Assembly: GCF_001194135.2 (NCBI RefSeq) | Contig: NC_068981.1 | Location: forward strand, 12,548,272-12,588,353 | Direction of reading: 5' to 3' | Source of the DNA: Octopus bimaculoides | Lineage: Eukaryota | DNA: 40,082 bases | Part shown: positions 34,309-40,082 of the stretch, one piece after another | How positions within the stretch are numbered: position 1 is the first letter of the stretch | Layout of the letters: each line of letters begins with the position of its first letter | Notes under the pieces: model-generated | Database searches by the model: none | What the model was told of the DNA's origin: nothing | Seen by the model: the letters and a program-made list of their open reading frames with translations, nothing else | Program-made: the position numbers and the translations under genes

Positions 34309-34730
34309 CAGCTTTATAGCGCCTGAGTGGTTTGTACGACTGTGAAAAGAGCAGCCAAATTTCAATGCCGAGAAACGAGACATGCAACATAAAGAATATA
34401 CCCCTTCTTCAGTTGTCCTTGTTTCATCTACTCCGCGTTTCGAAAGTAAGGACAATAGGCGACTTCATTGAAACAGTCATTCCCGCAAAGTAAATTAAAT
34501 AAAATTAGCGATTTTTTGCGGAGGGTGAAAGTGTTAACAAGAACAGGACAGTGAGAACAAGACAGTAAAAACAAACGGTATATATATATATAAACATATA
34601 CATACAAAGATATAAACAAAGCACAGGCAGCATTATCCATTGAGGCTTACCGGATTTTAAGACAGTAACGGCATTGAAATTTGGCTGCTCTTTTCGCAGT
34701 CGTACAAACCACTCAGGCGCTACAAAGCTG
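34309..34730. repeat. Near-perfect 62-bp inverted repeat (34309-34370 / 34669-34730); probable young MITE or fold-back element cut by a gap
   Basis: The arms are reverse complements at 60/62 positions, with a ~298-bp spacer. The left arm begins at the gap edge. Confidence 0.88.
34375..34540 (+). repeat. Unclassified dispersed repeat, copy 1 (copy 2 at ~37455-37645)
   Basis: Shared blocks: ccc(c)ttc(t/a)tcagttgt, cg..tttcga, and tcccgcaaa..aaattaaataaaatt.g...ttttgcgga. Confidence 0.65.
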
Positions 34731-36382
34731 GTAGATTTTCACGTTGCTATAAGCGGCCAATCTCAAAAAAGAATTTGGTTTTGAAACACATACAGTACTA
34801 CCAAGTGACGTTTAATTCATATTTCTGTTAATTGCCATAGACCTCGCCGTACATGTTATGTGTTTATTGCAGTAAATATTAAGCTGTACCCACGTGCAAG
34901 ACAGACAGCGTTTTGTAGTCTACAGACGCCATTATAATTAGAGAAACGTAATCAAACATGCTGTCACACATGAATAAATGGGGGAACTTTTTACAAACGC
35001 TTATGTAATTATAGAAGCAGAGTGAAAGTTACACTCACTGATGAGTGAACAACGCATCTTCTATACTGTCATAGGAAACGTATTCATAACCTCACTCATT
35101 AAAAAAATATCTATCTATCTATCTATCTATCTATGCATATATATAGACACACATAAACACACACACACACTTTCCGGTAACGAAATATACTACTCCTTCA
35201 TAGACTATGCACCAGTAAACTACTAATTGGTCATGGTCAGAAAGCCTTCAGAGCCTTCAGTCTCAGCTCTGCAGACCATAGGTCACCTACGTACATAGTA
35301 CAACCAACAACTGAGACATGAACACGAACAATATTAACATACATTAACCTGTCATTGCTATGTTCATATAAATATGAGCGTGTTTTTGTATATATACGTA
35401 TATATATATATATATANNNNNNNNNNNNNNNNNNNNNNNNNNNNNNNNNNNNNNNNNNNNNNNNNNNNNNNNNNNNNNNNNNNNNNNNNNNNNNNNNNNN
35501 NNNNNNNNNNNNNNNNNNNNNNNNNNNNNNNNNNNNNNNNNNNNNNNNNNNNNNNNNNNNNNNNNNNNNNNNNNNNNNNNNNNNNNNNNNNNNNNNNNNN
35601 NNNNNNNNNNNNNNNNNNNNNNNNNNNNNNNNNNNNNNNNNNNNNNNNNNNNNNNNNNNNNNNNNNNNNNNNNNNNNNNNNNNNNNNNNNNNNNNNNNNN
35701 NNNNNNNNNNNNNNNNNNNNNNNNNNNNNNNNNNNNNNNNNNNNNNNNNNNNNNNNNNNNNNNNNNNNNNNNNNNNNNNNNNNNNNNNNNNNNNNNNNNN
35801 NNNNNNNNNNNNNNNNNNNNNNNNNNNNNNNNNNNNNNNNNNNNNNNNNNNNNNNNNNNNNNNNNNNNNNNNNNNNNNNNNNNNNNNNNNNNNNNNNNNN
35901 NNNNNNNNNNNNNNNNNNNNNNNNNNNNNNNNNNNNNNNNNNNNNNNNNNNNNNNNNNNNNNNNNNNNNNNNNNNNNNNNNNNNNNNNNNNNNNNNNNNN
36001 NNNNNNNNNNNNNNNNNNNNNNNNNNNNNNNNNNNNNNNNNNNNNNNNNNNNNNNNNNNNNNNNNNNNNNNNNNNNNNNNNNNNNNNNNNNNNNNNNNNN
36101 NNNNNNNNNNNNNNNNNNNNNNNNNNNNNNNNNNNNNNNNNNNNNNNNNNNNNNNNNNNNNNNNNNNNNNNNNNNNNNNNNNNNNNNNNNNNNNNNNNNN
36201 NNNNNNNNNNNNNNNNNNNNNNNNNNNNNNNNNNNNNNNNNNNNNNNNNNNNNNNNNNNNNNNNNNNNNNNNNNNNNNNNNNNNNNNNNNNNNNNNNNNN
36301 NNNNNNNNNNNNNNNNNNNNNNNNNNNNNNNNNNNNNNNNNNNNNNNNNNNNNNNNNNNNNNNNNNNNNNNNNNNNNNNNNN

Positions 36383-36423
<41 letters not shown>

Positions 36424-36428
36424 AAGAT

Positions 36429-36465
<37 letters not shown>

Positions 36466-36947
36466 AGGAAGATACAGGTATATCACTACACATATATACA
36501 TGTATACATGTATATACAAATATATATGTACATTTATATACATACATATATTCATACATACATACATACATACATAAATACATACGACAACATATTTTCG
36601 TATGCACGTGTATGGGCTACTAGTGTTTAATGTATTTATATGTATTCCCACTGTGACATAATATAATTAGTTTATATCAATAATGTCTTTAATTAGCACT
36701 CAGAAATAAGCAAATGCTGTGTATTTTTATATTTACTCTTAATGGAAAAATAGCGTCCATTGATTGTGATATTTATTGTAGTCGCTAAATGGTAAACAGT
36801 TTGTTGTATAGTCAGAATAATAGCGGTTTAGGGATTTCAAATGTCTTAACAAAAGAAATTGAAATTCCTTTTATATATTAGACTCACCTTTGTACTTATG
36901 TGTCTATGGATGTACATAAACATAGAAATATTCAGACGTAAGTATAT

Positions 36948-36999
<52 letters not shown>

Positions 37000-37454
37000 N
37001 NNNNNNNNNNNNNNNNNNNNNNNNNNNNNNNNNNNNNNNNNNNNNNNNNNNNNNNNNNNNNNNNNNNNNNNNNNNNNNNNNNNNNNNNNNNNNNNNNNNN
37101 NNNNNNNNNNNNNNNNNNNNNNNNNNNNNNNNNNNNNNNNNNNNNNNNNNNNNNNNNNNNNNNNNNNNNNNNNNNNNNNNNNNNNNNNNNNNNNNNNNNN
37201 NNNNNNNNNNNNNNNNNNNNNNNNNNNNNNNNNNNNNNNNNNNNNNNNNNNNNNNNNNNNNNNNNNNNNNNNNNNNNNNNNNNNNNNNNNNNNNNNNNNN
37301 NNNNNNNNNNNATATATATATATCCCTATATATATACATACGCATATGTACATAATTATATGTATACGTATATATATAAGCATTTGTGAGCAGAGGACTT
37401 CATGAAACGTGTACAACAAAAAAGTACGAAGCACAGGTATATGGAACATGAACT

Positions 37455-37645
37455 ATTCTTTCGAACCACGAAAATGGAAAACAAAACCAACAACATCAAG
37501 AACGACCCTTCATCAGTTGTTGGCTGTTTTTCTAGTCTCGTATTTCGAGCATTTAACAACAATATACGCTTTCGATTAAGCAGGTGCTCCCGCAAAACAA
37601 ATTAAATAAAATTTGGAGTTTTGCGGATAGTCAAAATGGGTAACA
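37455..37645 (+). repeat. Unclassified dispersed repeat, copy 2
   Basis: Homologous to 34375-34540, with the same CCGCAAA...TTTGCGG stem-loop. Confidence 0.65.
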
Positions 37646-37707
37646 CAAACAGGACATATATATGGATACATGTATGTATGTGCATGCACGTATGTAATGT
37701 CTCACAC

Positions 37708-38030
37708 TCTGGCTCTTCGTCGGTTAGAACGACTCATGTTCCAGTTGATCCGATCAACGGAACAGCCTGCTCATGAAGTTAACATGCAACTGGCTAAGCA
37801 ATCCAGAGACACGCGTTTGCTTTACGTAGTTCTCATGGAGGTTGAATGTGAGACAATATTTGACAAGGGTTGCCCCTTTGAAATATAGGTACAAGACATT
37901 TTTGCGAACGGAATGAACTGGAGCAATGTGAAATAAAGTGTTTTACTCAAGGACAGACTGAAAATGACAGGAATCGAACTCGCGGTCTTACGGTCGTATG
38001 TCGATTATCCTATCCACACAAGCCGACGTA
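37708..38030 (-). mobile_element. tRNA-derived SINE family D with a conserved-domain-like middle
   Basis: The minus strand has B-box GAGTTCGATTCC, then ccttgagtaaaacactttatttcacattgctccagttcattc, which resembles central SINE domains (ttgagcaag.cact...tgctccag). Superfamily not assigned. Confidence 0.7.
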
Positions 38031-38044
38031 CTCAAATATACTCA

Positions 38045-38142
38045 CGTCGCGCACACACACGCACAGACACTCGTGCACACTCACATACATACACACGCAC
38101 ACACACACACACACAGACACTCGCGCACACTCATATACATAC

Positions 38143-38184
<42 letters not shown>

Positions 38185-38305
38185 TCACGCACACATAAAC
38201 AAATCAATATTCATTTATGTATGATTGGGTGTATGTATGTCTATACATGTATGGGTGCATGTCACAAACAAAGTCTCTGTGTGTGTTTGTCTGTGTATGT
38301 GTGTG

Positions 38306-38360
<55 letters not shown>

Positions 38361-38513
38361 GTATACAAGTATGTTTTATTCCAGTTGAAATCGAGAATTC
38401 GAAAATAAAATCGATAAACACCGTCACACTGTGTCAGCTGTTGCCCTATTGAACATGAGCACACGTGTGACTGCATACGTCCATAAAATGCATGAATAAA
38501 TACATACATACAT

Positions 38514-38553
<40 letters not shown>

Positions 38554-38770
38554 ACACACATACATACATACACACATACATACATACATACATACATACA
38601 CACACACATACACACATACATACATACACACATACATACATACATACATACATACACACACACATACATACATACATGCATACACACATACATACATACA
38701 CATACACACACATACATACATGCATACATACATATATACATATCCACACGTGTATATTTGTTCATGCATT
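38045..38770. repeat. Compound (CA)n/(TG)n/(TACA)n microsatellites
   Basis: Directly visible. Confidence 0.95.
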
Positions 38771-39079
38771 CATGCACCGTGATCACATTATTATATACAT
38801 CAACACTATGTTTAAATATTTATTCATTTGATGTTAAGCTTGTGAAACCTTTCACTCGTCTTATCCTCACTCCGATTCGTTTTCTCTATCTATTTAAAAT
38901 TTAAGTGAGACTAGAAAAACTCTTATCCATTTAGCATCTATAATAGACGCTCCTCTCCCGATGAAAGCTATTCGCAGCTAAAGGTCAATGTAAATACAGA
39001 ATATTCTTCGTTTTCTGAGTGCCAATTATAGTAGCTATGGACATAAAACCATAACATTCTACTGAATTAGTGTCGATCT

Positions 39080-39370
39080 CTATATCTCTCTGTCTATCTG
39101 TCCGTTTATCTATTAATTTATTAATAGATGTGTCTGTCTGTCTGTCTATCTATATATCTATCTACCTATCTATCTATCTGTCTGTCTGTCTGTCTGTCTG
39201 ATTGTATGTCTGTCTGATTGTCTGTCTGTCTGATTGTATGTCTGTCTGATTGTCTGTCTGTCTATCTATGTGTCAACCTATCTATATATCCATCCATCTA
39301 TTCCTCCGTCCATCCACCCATCCACCCATCTATCAATCAATCTATCTATCTATCTATCTATCTATCTGGT
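39080..39370. repeat. (TCTG)n/(TCTA)n/(TCCA)n tetranucleotide array with a tctgtctgattg(tatg) higher-order unit
   Basis: Directly visible. Confidence 0.9.
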
Positions 39371-39471
39371 TTTTTCCGTAGGCTTTTCTTTCCACGGCTA
39401 AACCTAAACTGTCCTCCCCTCTTTTTACACGAGAACATTACTGTGATACACGATCCCTATTGATCGCTTTT

Positions 39472-39606
39472 TTTTTTCTCTCGGTCCCTTTTGATCGAAC
39501 TCCCCCCTTTTTTCCTTCCTACGATCCCTCTTGANNNNNNNNNNTTTTTTCTCTCGGTCCCTTTTGATCGAACTCCCCCCTTTTTTCCTTCCTACGATCC
39601 CTCTTG
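39472..39606. other. ~62-bp identical direct duplication either side of a 10-N gap
   Basis: ttttttctctcggtcccttttgatcgaactcccccctttttccttcctacgatccctcttga occurs at ~39472-39534 and again from 39545; probably an unmerged contig overlap. Confidence 0.75.
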
Positions 39607-40019
39607 ATCGACACCCACCCCTACTTTTTTTTTTCTTTTTTTCTCGTCCTTCCCCCTCCTAAAAAGAAAAGCTCTACATTGTATTCGTCCCGTCTTTGTT
39701 GAGCCCTGTGTGACTAATAAAAGAAATGTCTCTATCTAAATTTCTCTCTGCCTTTCTGTCCATCTATCCATTCATCAATCAATCTATCTACCCCCCCCTC
39801 TCTCTCTCTCTCTGTCTATCTATCTATCTATCTATCTATCTCTCTCTCAATGTAAATGTCTGCCTGCCTTTCTTTTTACCTCTCCACCTTTCCTTCTACC
39901 TATTTTTTTGTCTGTCTATCTATCTGTCTATCTATTCATCTACGCTCCAACCTATTTACTCGTTTATCTATCAACCTATCTTACATGTACGTGTGTGTAT
40001 GTATGAATGTGTTGCGTGC

Positions 40020-40082
<63 letters not shown>

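Noticed and set aside
38952-38987. Hammerhead-like CCGATGAAAGCTATTCGCAGCTAAAGGTC
   Set aside because: Two core substitutions and no stem III; too degenerate to call.

Overview
AT-rich animal genomic DNA, about 15% of it assembly gaps (15 N-runs, ~6 kb, most bordered by (TA)n/(CA)n). The SINE and microsatellite content resembles an octopus (coleoid cephalopod) genome; this is an inference. I find no confidently supported host protein-coding gene, and most ORF-track entries are translations of microsatellites or N-runs. Supported content: an internally deleted mariner (314-1192), three decayed CR1-like LINE fragments, a decayed RTE-like LINE, many tRNA-derived SINEs of about four families, a 127-bp Tc1/mariner-type MITE and extensive simple repeats. 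The most interesting items are: (1) a full-length divergent U6 snRNA copy (11575-11680, minus) with a TATA box and PSE-like motif at canonical spacing but an altered ACAGAGA box; (2) a near-canonical minimal hammerhead ribozyme of the Penelope type (1400-1439); (3) several fold-back (inverted repeat) structures, including an unclassified ~800-bp one at 7392-8195; (4) a SINE family whose 3' tail matches the 3' end of the local CR1-like LINE. All alignments and counts were done by eye and are approximate.
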